Below are positions 8,953-18,392 of a stretch of 64,000 nt of DNA, piece after piece. Origin of the DNA: Candidatus Omnitrophota bacterium. Lineage in GTDB: Bacteria; Omnitrophota; Gorgyraeia; 2-01-FULL-45-10. Below the pieces are notes generated by a model. The model did no database searches, was not told the origin of the DNA, and worked only from the letters and a program-made list of their open reading frames with translations. Position numbers and translations under genes: made by a program. The stretch covers positions 88,668-152,667 of the forward strand of contig JAQVUX010000004.1 of assembly GCA_028699255.1 (NCBI GenBank), read 5' to 3'. Position 1 is the stretch's first letter. Each line of letters starts with the position of its first letter.

Positions 8953-9511
8953 CGGCAGTCCGAAGAAAAACGGCAACACCGACACGCTTGTTCGATGGTT
9001 TGTCGAAGGCGTTTCTTCAAAGGATGCCGAAATCGAAATAATTCACGCCGCGCGCCTTAAATTTAAGGTGGGCGGTTGCACGTCCTGCAGAATATGCCAG
9101 AAGATAAAGCGGTTTGAATGCGTCATCAATGATGACGTAAAGGATGTTCTTAAAAAAATGGCGAAGGCGGATATAATCGTCTTCGCGACACCGCTTTATT
9201 TTTACGCTTCCAGCGCCCAGCTCAAGCTCATAATAGATCGGATGTTTTCACTTTATAAATGGAATAATAAGACAGATACTTTCGTTTCACCTATGATAGG
9301 TAAAACGATGGGCCTTATAGTAAGCGCATACGAGAATATAGGGCTAAAGGTAGCTGAGGGGTCTTTTAAACTTACCGCCGATTATAGCGGTATGCGTTTT
9401 AAATCATTTCTGGTGTCAAACGCCGGGGAATCCGGCGAGGTCACGCGAATAAAGAATATACGCGATAGAACCGAAACTTTTGCAAAAGGTTTGTTAAAAC
9501 TCGCTAAATAG
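8927..9511 (+). CDS. NADPH-dependent FMN reductase / flavodoxin-like fold protein
   Basis: MKKKILILNGSPKKNGNT...IVFATPLYF pattern of NAD(P)H-dependent FMN reductases or iron-sulfur flavoproteins. Confidence 0.6.
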   Translation: MKKKILILNGSPKKNGNTDTLVRWFVEGVSSKDAEIEIIHAARLKFKVGGCTSCRICQKIKRFECVINDDVKDVLKKMAKADIIVFATPLYFYASSAQLKLIIDRMFSLYKWNNKTDTFVSPMIGKTMGLIVSAYENIGLKVAEGSFKLTADYSGMRFKSFLVSNAGESGEVTRIKNIRDRTETFAKGLLKLAK

Positions 9512-9542
9512 AAAGTTTTATATCCTTCAAAAGGAGGAAAGG

Positions 9543-10286
9543 ATGAAGAAGAGCCTGATTTTCAGCAGTATATTAGTCTCGGCGTTTTTAGTTGTACATA
9601 ACGTTTATGCTCAGGAACCCGCAATTGATTATAAGCAATTGATAGCTAAATGCAGTGAGGCAATTAAACAGGCAAAATCATACAATGCTAAGATGGAATA
9701 CGCAAACTCCTTTACAATTAACTCGCAGGAGAACAAGGGTAATTCCGCGGAGTTAAGCATAGCTTTTATAAGCCCGGACAAATTTAAGATAGCGCAAGTT
9801 ATAGATGAGGGCTCGGATGAGAAGTTGTGGGACGGCTGGATAGTTATAGGCGATGATTATTATGTTCTTAAGCCGGTTTTCGGATGGGCAAAGGAAGATG
9901 ACGATAATCGCAAAACAATGTGCAGAGCTTACTCTCCCGAAGGCATTATAAAACAGTTAGCAGAGATCGAAAAGGGGTACAGGAGAGATTCGATAAGCTC
10001 TGCTACTAAAGACGGAATAGAATATTTTGTAATCAAATATTTATTCGGCAAAGAATCAATTAATGTCGAATCTTTACCGCCGGAATTAAAAGATAGCAAA
10101 ATAAACGGAACATATGAAATTTGGATCAATAAAAATAATTATTTACCGGTAAAACAATCGGAGGAAGTTTCCTATTATTCGAATGAGCGGAATAAGGGGA
10201 CTTCATCAGCGGTCACAAATTATTTCGCATATAATGATGATAAGATAAAAATCGACGTGCCTGTGCCCGGCGATAAGACTTTTTAA
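9543..10286 (+). CDS. Hypothetical exported protein
   Basis: Signal peptide, no motif recognised. Confidence 0.4.
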   Translation: MKKSLIFSSILVSAFLVVHNVYAQEPAIDYKQLIAKCSEAIKQAKSYNAKMEYANSFTINSQENKGNSAELSIAFISPDKFKIAQVIDEGSDEKLWDGWIVIGDDYYVLKPVFGWAKEDDDNRKTMCRAYSPEGIIKQLAEIEKGYRRDSISSATKDGIEYFVIKYLFGKESINVESLPPELKDSKINGTYEIWINKNNYLPVKQSEEVSYYSNERNKGTSSAVTNYFAYNDDKIKIDVPVPGDKTF

Positions 10287-10350
10287 CAGGATACCATAAA
10301 TTAAAATGGCAGTTTAAGCGGGGGGATTTTGGCGTGGTAGGGGAGGATAT

Positions 10351-10965
10351 ATGATTTCCTGCCCCTATCATCCTCATCCGTGTTATAATTACAGCATGCA
10401 GACATATTCCAATCGTAAGCATTGCATTCATTTCCGCCGCAACAGGACTATCAAAACATTCATAATAACCGCCTGCCTCGTTTTTTTATTTACGCTTCCC
10501 GCAATGTGCATATCTACCGGTGAGAAAGCGCCTTATTTTAAGATAACTTCGGGCAGTAGTGAAGTTCTTACGGCCGATATGTTGAAAGATAAAATAGCTG
10601 TTATCTTTTACGAGACAAAAGATACAAAAGAAAAGAACAGGGCACTCAAAGAAGATCTAAACGCTTTTTACAAAGAGCGATCCGCGAAAATACAAAAAGA
10701 AATAATGAAAGTGGCCGTTATACGATGCTCTGCCTTTATGCCGAATATATGGCGACAAAGTTTGCGTGAGAATTCCAAAAAAGAAGGCATGATTATATAC
10801 GGAGATTGGGATGGTGCCATGCAAAATGAGTACGGTCTGGCCGTTGGAGAAAGTAATTTTATTATTATTGATAAGAACGGCATTGTTATATATACGAGGG
10901 CAGGATTTATTCCAAAAGAAGATTTTCCGGCAATAAGAAATATTTTAAATGGTGCAGGAGAATAA
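10351..10965 (+). CDS. Hypothetical membrane-anchored protein, possibly thioredoxin-fold without CxxC
   Basis: RBS AGGGGAGGA before the ATG, one TM helix, redoxin-like spacing but no catalytic Cys pair. Confidence 0.35.
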   Translation: MISCPYHPHPCYNYSMQTYSNRKHCIHFRRNRTIKTFIITACLVFLFTLPAMCISTGEKAPYFKITSGSSEVLTADMLKDKIAVIFYETKDTKEKNRALKEDLNAFYKERSAKIQKEIMKVAVIRCSAFMPNIWRQSLRENSKKEGMIIYGDWDGAMQNEYGLAVGESNFIIIDKNGIVIYTRAGFIPKEDFPAIRNILNGAGE

Positions 10966-10980
10966 TGGCCGGGGGTATTT

Positions 10981-11613
10981 GTGGGATTAATATCGCTTCT
11001 CTTCAGTAACCCGGCCCTATTTGTAATTCTCGCCATCCTGCTTTTGTATTCTGTGATAATCCATGAGATTGCTCACGGCTGGGCCGCGTATCTTTTTGGA
11101 GATGATACGGCGATGCGTTCCGGCAGGCTTTCTCTTAATCCGATGTTTCATCTCGACCCGGTAGGGACGATAATGCTTTTTATCGTGGGTTTCGGTTGGG
11201 CAAAACCGGTACCTGTTGATTATTCGAGGCTGAAAAATTTTCGCCTGGGCCTCATCTCTGTTTCGCTGGCAGGATGCCTGGCAAATATACTCATAGCGGC
11301 CATCGCGCTATTTTTGCTTCGGGCCGGTATCGCCGGCTCAAATCCTACGGCTGTATTTTTGTTGTCCCTCGTCGCGAGGATAAATATAATACTTGGAGCC
11401 GTCAACCTTATACCGATTCCGCCTCTGGATGGGTCCAAAATACTTATGGGTTTTTTGCCCAGAACCGGACAGGCGATTTTAGCGCGATTCGACACATATG
11501 GACTGCTTCTCCTGATGCTCTTGCTTTTTTCAGGCCTTTTGAATCCGGTTATAATGTTCATGCAGAAGGCTATCCTGAGCATGCTAGGATTTCTGTTTGG
11601 GATGGTTAGATAA
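10981..11613 (+). CDS. M50 family (site-2 protease-like) zinc metalloprotease
   Basis: HEIAHGWAAY (HExxH) within a TM helix, and a downstream LDG motif. Polytopic membrane protein. Confidence 0.75.
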   Translation: MGLISLLFSNPALFVILAILLLYSVIIHEIAHGWAAYLFGDDTAMRSGRLSLNPMFHLDPVGTIMLFIVGFGWAKPVPVDYSRLKNFRLGLISVSLAGCLANILIAAIALFLLRAGIAGSNPTAVFLLSLVARINIILGAVNLIPIPPLDGSKILMGFLPRTGQAILARFDTYGLLLLMLLLFSGLLNPVIMFMQKAILSMLGFLFGMVR

Positions 11614-11663
11614 GGATAGCGGGTCAGCGACACTTTACATAACAATATAGAACGAGGTACCCG

Positions 11664-11876
11664 ATGATCGATAATAAACATAAAGATCCGCTTCATGGCG
11701 TTACCCTTGAAATGATCCTGATCCATCTGGTCGAGAAATACGGGTGGGAAGAGATGTCGCGGAGGATCAGGATAAATTGCTTCGCCAAAAATCCCAGTAT
11801 CAAATCTAGCCTGGCATTTTTGCGACGAACTCCCTGGGCCAGAAAAAAAGTGGAATGCCTGTACCTGGGCAAGTGA
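11664..11876 (+). CDS. VF530/DUF2132-like small protein
   Basis: PLHGVTLE...LV..YGW...I.INCF...[17 protein letters not shown] pattern. Confidence 0.45.
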   Translation: MIDNKHKDPLHGVTLEMILIHLVEKYGWEEMSRRIRINCFAKNPSIKSSLAFLRRTPWARKKVECLYLGK

Positions 11877-11911
11877 TCTTCAGGAGAAAATGTAACGAAA
11901 AAGGACGTTTT

Positions 11912-12493
11912 ATGATATTCGCAGAGCAGGCATTCGAGACGAGGATATTCGAGAGCGTTTCCGCGCTCGGGCAGGATTTTTCCAGAAAAGAATTTTCCGG
12001 CTGTACATTCAAAGGGTGCGACTTAAGCGGATGCAGGCTATCCGGCTCGCTATTTAATGACTGCGCGTTTCTTGCCTGCAACCTTTCGAATGTAAAGATA
12101 GACGCTTGCAGTTTTCGGCGCGCGACTTTTGAAGAATGTAAGCTTGTCGGCATAGCGTTCTGTACGGTAAATCCGTTTCTTCTCGACTGGAGTTTTAAGA
12201 AATGCAGGATAGAGATGTGCGATTTCAGTAATATTAAAATGAAACACAGTCATTTCATCGAGTGCATTATACGCAAGACGGATTTTATCAGCGCCGATCT
12301 TACGGAGTCCGACTTTTCCGGCACCGATTTAAGCGGCAGTAGATTTCACCATACAAACCTGGAAAAGTCTGACTTCACAGGTGCTTTTCATTATTACATC
12401 GATCCCGCGAATAACAGATTGAAGCGGGCAAAGTTTTCCTATCCCGAGGCCCTGTCATTACTTGCGCCTTTCGAGATCGACATAGACGGTTGA
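11912..12493 (+). CDS. Pentapeptide-repeat protein (Qnr/MfpA-like fold)
   Basis: Continuous A(D/N)LxG-type pentapeptide repeats (CDLSGCRLSGSLFNDCAF...). Confidence 0.75.
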   Translation: MIFAEQAFETRIFESVSALGQDFSRKEFSGCTFKGCDLSGCRLSGSLFNDCAFLACNLSNVKIDACSFRRATFEECKLVGIAFCTVNPFLLDWSFKKCRIEMCDFSNIKMKHSHFIECIIRKTDFISADLTESDFSGTDLSGSRFHHTNLEKSDFTGAFHYYIDPANNRLKRAKFSYPEALSLLAPFEIDIDG

Positions 12494-12697
12494 TGGTATG
12501 TTTATTCAATAAGCAATTAGCGTACCCTTAAGCAAGTAGCAAGTAGCGCACCCTTAAGGGTGCGCTACGAGGATGCGCTACGAGTCCGGATGGCTCCTTG
12601 CCCCTTTCGAGATCGATATGCGTAAAGTGACGCGAAAAAATCGCTTGTAATGCTTAAACATAAATGGTAATGTTTAACTCGCCAAAGAAAGGTTTGT

Positions 12698-13738
12698 ATG
12701 AATAAAAGAGCGCTTCTTACCATATGTCTGGTATTATTTTTTTCCATATCTGTTTTTGCCGCAAGCAGTGATGCTTCTTATCCCGAGCTACCTTACAAAG
12801 AACGCATCTTCCCGCGGGGACTTATACCTTCGTCACATGCGCCGAGTATTGCGGAGTCGCCCGATGGAGAGCTACTCGTCGTATGGCATGCTTCCTGGAA
12901 CCCGAAGGCGGTTATATGGAGTTCGAGAAAGCCGGCGGGCGCCGATAAGTGGACCATGCCGTCGATCATTAATCGCACCATCGGACGCGGTAATAAAAAT
13001 CCGGTATTATATTTGGGCAAAAATAAGAAGCTATTTTTATTCTGGGCCGATGAAAAGAAATTTATATTTAAAATAATCATGGACAGACTGCAGGTAAAGA
13101 CGTCCGAGGATTTCGGGCATACGTGGAGCAAGACCCGCGATGTGGGTATCACGTGGTTTCTCCCGAGGACACATCCTGTAACGCTCGATAACGGTGACAT
13201 CGTCCTGCCGATATATACGGACTTAAGCACATCTTCCGCCTCAGCTGTTTCTAAAGACGGTGGCATGACATGGCAGGGGCCGAATTATATGCTGTTTTTC
13301 TTCGGTATTCAGCCGACTATAATACAGCGCTCCGATTCGAGCTTATTTGCTTTGATGCGCACCGGCATGTGGCCGCGTCTGGCCTGGCAGGCGGAGAGCG
13401 CGAATGGCGGCCGGTCATGGAAGAATCAGAAGCTCTCCAATGTGGAAAATCCCGGATACTCTCTTGAAATGATTAAGCTGAAGAGCGGGAATATCGTGCT
13501 CGCATTCAATGATTCCAAAAAGAAGCGTTCAAGCCTGAGCCTGGCCTTATCGTACGATGGCGGCAGGACATGGCCATGCGTAAGGACGATCGAAGATGAG
13601 CCTGGTAACGTGTTCGGTTATCCTTCCGTTGTGCAGGCCAGGAATGGCCTGATACACGTAGTATATTCTGCCGATGGCAGAAACAATATAGTCCATTTCG
13701 TTGCGGATGAGAAATGGCTTGAGGCCGGACGGCGCTAA
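12698..13738 (+). CDS. BNR-repeat exo-alpha-sialidase-like glycoside hydrolase (secreted)
   Basis: Signal peptide. Four SxDxGxTW BNR repeats: DFGHTWS, SKDGGMTWQ, SANGGRSW and SYDGGRTW. Confidence 0.7.
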   Translation: MNKRALLTICLVLFFSISVFAASSDASYPELPYKERIFPRGLIPSSHAPSIAESPDGELLVVWHASWNPKAVIWSSRKPAGADKWTMPSIINRTIGRGNKNPVLYLGKNKKLFLFWADEKKFIFKIIMDRLQVKTSEDFGHTWSKTRDVGITWFLPRTHPVTLDNGDIVLPIYTDLSTSSASAVSKDGGMTWQGPNYMLFFFGIQPTIIQRSDSSLFALMRTGMWPRLAWQAESANGGRSWKNQKLSNVENPGYSLEMIKLKSGNIVLAFNDSKKKRSSLSLALSYDGGRTWPCVRTIEDEPGNVFGYPSVVQARNGLIHVVYSADGRNNIVHFVADEKWLEAGRR

Positions 13739-13753
13739 TAGAAACGAGTATAC

Positions 13754-13787
13754 AAAAAACCCTCGGCTTTTGGCCAAGGGTTTTTTA
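13754..13787. terminator. Bidirectional intrinsic terminator
   Basis: A-run, stem AACCCTCGGC/GCCAAGGGTT, then T-run. It lies between convergent genes. Confidence 0.6.
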
Positions 13788-13805
13788 TTGCAATGACGCG
13801 CTGTT

Positions 13806-14078
13806 TTATTCTCCCGGCGCAGGTTCCGGCGCGGCATCTTTTACCGCAGGAATCGCGGGGGGAACAGGAGCGCCCGCTTCATCGGCAGGTGGCGCCGCCG
13901 GTTCGTCCGCCGTGCTCATTGCCGAAGCATCCTTTTCACCGGACGATCCAGCCGGACATTCACCGCATCCGGCACTGGCATACGGAACTACAGCTCCAAT
14001 AAGCCCCAGCGTTATAAACAATATTGCCAACATTTTCTTCATATCGTCCTCCTTTTGTATAACATAAGTATAGCACAT
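13806..14078 (-). CDS. Small secreted Ala/Pro-rich protein
   Basis: Signal peptide followed by a low-complexity PA-rich tail. Confidence 0.35.
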   Translation of the reverse strand: MCYTYVIQKEDDMKKMLAILFITLGLIGAVVPYASAGCGECPAGSSGEKDASAMSTADEPAAPPADEAGAPVPPAIPAVKDAAPEPAPGE

Positions 14079-14091
14079 ACTTGTTTGTTTG

Positions 14092-15195
14092 TCAATTTAT
14101 GTTAAAATCTCTAAGATCGAAACCTAATCCTTTGCAAATCGCGACCGCTTTTGTTGTAATATCATTTTTTAGGGCATCTTCTTTTTCCATCGCTTTCTCC
14201 CGTAACAACAACCCGCTTCTTACGAATGTCGCAAAAACAAATCCATCCTGACTTATGCCGGTTTTTTTTATTGCGTCATAGTTGTTTAGGACATGAATCG
14301 TACAGTCAAATCTTGTGTTTACGCCGGATTCGGATTGCCAACCAATGCCATTTTTAAGAGCCTCGACAAATCTTACAGGGTCATATTTTACGTAGTCGAA
14401 AAAATAAAGCACCTCGACGTTTTTGACGTCGAACGGAATTTGCAGAAAAGGGTTAAGTTTTTTCATCCCCTTAATTATCCCGAAGCTATAATTTTCCCGT
14501 ATGCAAAAATATATATACCTCAGGCTATGGTAGAAAAATAGCCATATATTAAGTAGGTTAAGATTTGACCCCGGAAATAGAGAAAAAACTTTAGATATCT
14601 GCGTCATTACTTTTTTTATGGTATTTTTACCATAAGTATTTCTAGAGGGAGGTTTCGAATAGACAAGAGATTTACTTTCAAAAAGAGTGGCTCCCCATAA
14701 TATAAAATGTATCTTTCGCTTAAAACATTCTTTCATTACCGCCGCCCTAATATCGTTTTCGCAGTAGGTGCACAAATTTACAAATCTTCTTAGGTACTTT
14801 GAGATGTAGAGCATTTCTATGACTATTTGATGACGAAATTTGGAATTGGTTATTATGAGATCGACGTTTAAGTTTTTGCAGATATTTTTAACGTTTTGAA
14901 TTGCGGTTTGAGGCACAAAACCGGAATCGAAAAATACCGCCAGAGGCTTAAGGCTGAGATTCTTGACGGCGTACATCAATACATATGAACTATCCTTTCC
15001 GCCGCTTATTGGTACGACGCAATCGTACTCGTAGTTTTTTTGCGACCTTATTTTCTCTAAAAGCTTTTTCGGGCCCAATTTACCGTCTAAACCGTATGCA
15101 GATCGGTCGAAGTTTCTGCAAAATGTGCATAATCCATTTTCTATAGTAACTCCTGGGCAAGAATCCGGTATTATGCATCTTCGGCATATTTGCAT
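14092..15195 (-). CDS. PP-loop ATP-pyrophosphatase, N-acetyl-sugar amidotransferase-like (LPS/glycan biosynthesis)
   Basis: N-terminal CxxC...CxxC zinc ribbon followed by the SGGKDS PP-loop. Confidence 0.5.
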   Translation of the reverse strand: MQICRRCIIPDSCPGVTIENGLCTFCRNFDRSAYGLDGKLGPKKLLEKIRSQKNYEYDCVVPISGGKDSSYVLMYAVKNLSLKPLAVFFDSGFVPQTAIQNVKNICKNLNVDLIITNSKFRHQIVIEMLYISKYLRRFVNLCTYCENDIRAAVMKECFKRKIHFILWGATLFESKSLVYSKPPSRNTYGKNTIKKVMTQISKVFSLFPGSNLNLLNIWLFFYHSLRYIYFCIRENYSFGIIKGMKKLNPFLQIPFDVKNVEVLYFFDYVKYDPVRFVEALKNGIGWQSESGVNTRFDCTIHVLNNYDAIKKTGISQDGFVFATFVRSGLLLREKAMEKEDALKNDITTKAVAICKGLGFDLRDFNIN

Positions 15196-15332
15196 CTATC
15201 GTTCCTCCGTTATTATTTTTTACATTATAGCATACCGCACAATAATTGCGGATAGCGTATTTTTGTGCGGGTATTGAATTACCGATACTCTGTGATATAC
15301 TTATACCGTTATTCTATGAAAAGGGGGAGAGC

Positions 15333-15548
15333 ATGAAGAAGATTTTTATCGCGGCGATGGTTTTTGCATTTGCGATAGGATTAAGCGCGATGGGATATTG
15401 CCAGGATGAAACCGCGGATGACAGGGCTATGGTTCAGTCCGAATCACAGATGGATTCCGGGCTTAGTTCCGAGATAGCGAGTGATCGGGCACAGAGCCAG
15501 GCCGAAGTGGATCAGGTCGACAGGTCGATGGATATCAGCGGTAATTAA
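15333..15548 (+). CDS. Small secreted acidic protein, hypothetical
   Basis: RBS AAGGGGGAGA, signal peptide. Confidence 0.35.
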   Translation: MKKIFIAAMVFAFAIGLSAMGYCQDETADDRAMVQSESQMDSGLSSEIASDRAQSQAEVDQVDRSMDISGN

Positions 15549-15557
15549 AAACAATAA

Positions 15558-15588
15558 ATAGCCGGCGCCTAATCGCCGGCTATTTTGT
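15558..15588. terminator. Bidirectional intrinsic terminator
   Basis: AGCCGGCG/CGCCGGCT stem with flanking A and T runs, between convergent genes. Confidence 0.6.
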
Positions 15589-17298
15589 GCCCTTTACTAT
15601 CCTTAACACCGCATCTCTTCGTATTTTTCGTGTTGCTGTTTTCGGAAGTTCTTCATAAGATATTTTGAAACTCATTATTCTTTTGTGCGGGGCGAGTTCT
15701 TTGCTAAGCCGGTTGACTTCGGCGGATATTTTATTTAAAACCGCTTCTTCGCTGGTGATATTCTCCTGCTCCAGTAACTCGCGGTTGGGCACGATGACGG
15801 CATAGACCTCTTCGTGCCCTTTACGCAAACCCCGCTCGGCGGTCTTCGGCAGAACGCATAATTCTTTTATATATAGGCTCTTTCCGATAACTTCTTCGAC
15901 TTCTTCGGGGAAGACTTTTTTCCCGCCGCCCAGGATTATTATGTTCTTCTTCCTGCCCGATATATATAGGAAGCCGTCTTTGTCGAAATAACCCAGATCA
16001 CCGGTATGGAACCAGCCGTCTTTGATAACCTCTGCGGTCTTTTCCGCCCGCATGAAATATCCCTTCATAACATGAGGGCCACGCGTGATTATTTCGCCCT
16101 CGGCATCTGTGTCGGAAGCTTTCAATATCTTTACCTCGACACCGGGCAGGGGTTTGCCGACCGAGCCGAAGCGGTTTTCCGTGAAAGTATTGACCGAGAT
16201 GACCGGCGCTGTCTCCGTGAGCCCGTACCCCTGCAATATTCTGAAACCCAGCGCATTCATGCCGATCTCGACGTCGAGATCCAGCGGCGCGCCGCCGCTT
16301 ATAAATGTGTGTAGGCGGGAGCCGAATTCTTTATGGATGGACGGAAAGAATATTCTACCCATGCGTATGTTGTATTTGAGCAAAATTGTCGATAAAGATA
16401 ATAGCGCACCGAAGATCTCGCGTTTTAACGGCGGTAGCTTTGATACCTTCTTCATTATGCCAGTCCAGATGAGTTTCAGGACGAGCGGTACGCATATCAT
16501 CGCGGTCGTGCCGGTTTCCCGCATGAGAGGCATGAGAGTATTCGTCTTCAATGTGTCGCAATAAGTTACACACGAGCCCGCGTATAGCGGCGCGAGGAAT
16601 CCGCCTGTTATCTCGAGCATGTGATTGAGCGGTAGGACGGAGAGTAGCCGTTCTTTCGGTGTGCATTGTATGATCTGGCTGAACTCGAGCATCTGGAAGA
16701 GGAGGTTCTTATAGCTGATCTCCACACCCTTGGCGACCCCGGTGGTGCCGGAGGTATAGACAATTATCGCCGTATCGTGGGGATGCACCGGGCGTTCCCT
16801 TTCTTTGCCACGGTGCGGCCTGAGCTTGTTCAGAGATATCATGTCCGTGCGCGTGCTATTGTCGAGAAGTATTATGTTGTGCAGATGAGGCAGGACTATG
16901 CGCAGGCGGTCGATAGTGCCTATGTGTGAAGCGCTTACAAATATGCATTTGGCCCGGCTGTCGTTTAGTATGAACTGTATTTCGCTGTCGGAAAGTTTGA
17001 CGTCTATCGGCAGGATGATGCCGCCGGAAGATATGATGCCGAAATACGCGCCTGCCCACTCGGGCCTGTTCTCGGAAAATATAGCGACCCGGTCGCCTTT
17101 ATCTATCCCGAGATTTATCAGTACGGAAGATATGCTTACGGCGCGCCGGGCTAATTTGACGTAGGATATTTCCCGGAAAGTACCGTTATCGTTTTTTATC
17201 CGGAGGGCGGTTTTATTACCATATTTTTTGTTTATCGCTTCGAGGACGTCTTTTATCGTAACGCTTTTCAGGACGTCTTTTACCATCGAATCTATCAT
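15580..17298 (-). CDS. AMP-dependent synthetase/ligase (long-chain acyl-CoA synthetase-like)
   Basis: YTSGTTGVAKG AMP-binding motif, GYGLTE, and a C-terminal K-containing motif. Confidence 0.8.
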   Translation of the reverse strand: MIDSMVKDVLKSVTIKDVLEAINKKYGNKTALRIKNDNGTFREISYVKLARRAVSISSVLINLGIDKGDRVAIFSENRPEWAGAYFGIISSGGIILPIDVKLSDSEIQFILNDSRAKCIFVSASHIGTIDRLRIVLPHLHNIILLDNSTRTDMISLNKLRPHRGKERERPVHPHDTAIIVYTSGTTGVAKGVEISYKNLLFQMLEFSQIIQCTPKERLLSVLPLNHMLEITGGFLAPLYAGSCVTYCDTLKTNTLMPLMRETGTTAMICVPLVLKLIWTGIMKKVSKLPPLKREIFGALLSLSTILLKYNIRMGRIFFPSIHKEFGSRLHTFISGGAPLDLDVEIGMNALGFRILQGYGLTETAPVISVNTFTENRFGSVGKPLPGVEVKILKASDTDAEGEIITRGPHVMKGYFMRAEKTAEVIKDGWFHTGDLGYFDKDGFLYISGRKKNIIILGGGKKVFPEEVEEVIGKSLYIKELCVLPKTAERGLRKGHEEVYAVIVPNRELLEQENITSEEAVLNKISAEVNRLSKELAPHKRIMSFKISYEELPKTATRKIRRDAVLRIVKGTK

Positions 17299-17336
17299 AA
17301 TATTCCCCTGGAATCAAACTTCGGAGACGAATGTTA

Positions 17337-18146
17337 TCAGATCCGCTTGTTGAGCCAACGCAGGAGGTCGTCGAATACTTTTTCCCGGCCGAGTTCCATG
17401 GTGAGCGAGTGGCGCATCCCGGGATATTCTATGATATCTTTATGCTCGAACTTTATGCCGTCGAATATCTTTCTGCTCGCCTTGGAGCATACGAAGGTGT
17501 CGGCGCCGGCGAGGAGGAAGAGGGTGTCGGTCCTGACTTTATGTTTGAAAAGCTTGCTGGAGAGTTGGCCGAGGAGAATGCTTTGCAGGAGTACGGGTGT
17601 GGCCAGCTTGTGCTCGAGCTTATCATTATCCATGATTTTTTTGCATTCCGGGTCGCGTGTACACATCTCGTTTGTGAATGGCATGACGAATTGCTTTTTG
17701 GCGTTGTAGAAACGCGCCGAGACCATACGGATATATTCCATTATGGAAAAATTGAGGCTACTCTTGAACCCGGGCGATACGCAGATGAGCCCGCGAAAAA
17801 GACGCGGTTTTTTTATTACGGTGAGAAAACCAGTCAGCCCGCCCATGCTTTCTCCGGCTAAGAATACCGGGATGCGTTTATGTTCCCGTCGGATAATACT
17901 GTAAAGCCGCCGGATATCATTGATATAGGTATTGAGCGAATCTATATGGCCTTTTACGCCATCCGTGTTACCGAAACCCTTTAGCTCTATCGAGTAGCAG
18001 GATATACCGTGTCCGACTAAGAAATTGGCTACGAATTCCCAATTGTTGCTGTGACCGCCGAGGCCGTGGACCATGAGCATGGCGGCTCGAGGGGACGAAC
18101 AGCCCCATTGCCTGTACATTATGCCTCTTTTATCGCAACGTTTCAT
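17337..18146 (-). CDS. Alpha/beta hydrolase (lysophospholipase / monoacylglycerol lipase-like)
   Basis: HGLGGHS oxyanion region and GESMGG nucleophile elbow. Confidence 0.7.
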   Translation of the reverse strand: MKRCDKRGIMYRQWGCSSPRAAMLMVHGLGGHSNNWEFVANFLVGHGISCYSIELKGFGNTDGVKGHIDSLNTYINDIRRLYSIIRREHKRIPVFLAGESMGGLTGFLTVIKKPRLFRGLICVSPGFKSSLNFSIMEYIRMVSARFYNAKKQFVMPFTNEMCTRDPECKKIMDNDKLEHKLATPVLLQSILLGQLSSKLFKHKVRTDTLFLLAGADTFVCSKASRKIFDGIKFEHKDIIEYPGMRHSLTMELGREKVFDDLLRWLNKRI

Positions 18147-18165
18147 GAAAATATTATACCACAGG

Positions 18166-18326
18166 TAGAAATAACCGCGTAGGTTATTTGAGTGAATGAT
18201 AGCGGGATAACCGCGTAGGTTATTTGAGTAAAATAACTGGCCAACCTACGCGGTTGGAGGGGTGTTGGTGTCAGATAACCGCGTAGGTTATTTGACGGTA
18301 AGCGCCTGTACAACCTACGCGGTTGG
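18166..18326. repeat. Array of five short palindromic elements (three ATAACCGCGTAGGTTAT, two CCAACCTACGCGGTTGG) in a divergent intergenic region
   Basis: Direct and inverted copies alternate, so the array can fold into two long hairpins. The same 13-mer recurs at 46438-46487 and 46898-46947. Confidence 0.7.
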
Positions 18327-18392
18327 GGTGGTGTTTTAATCTTGCGAACAGTTTTTGTTTAATGTAAAATTGAATGCTTCGAGAGGTGCTAT

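Noticed and set aside
16085-16564. 159-aa plus-strand ORF
   Set aside because: Antisense inside the acyl-CoA synthetase gene.
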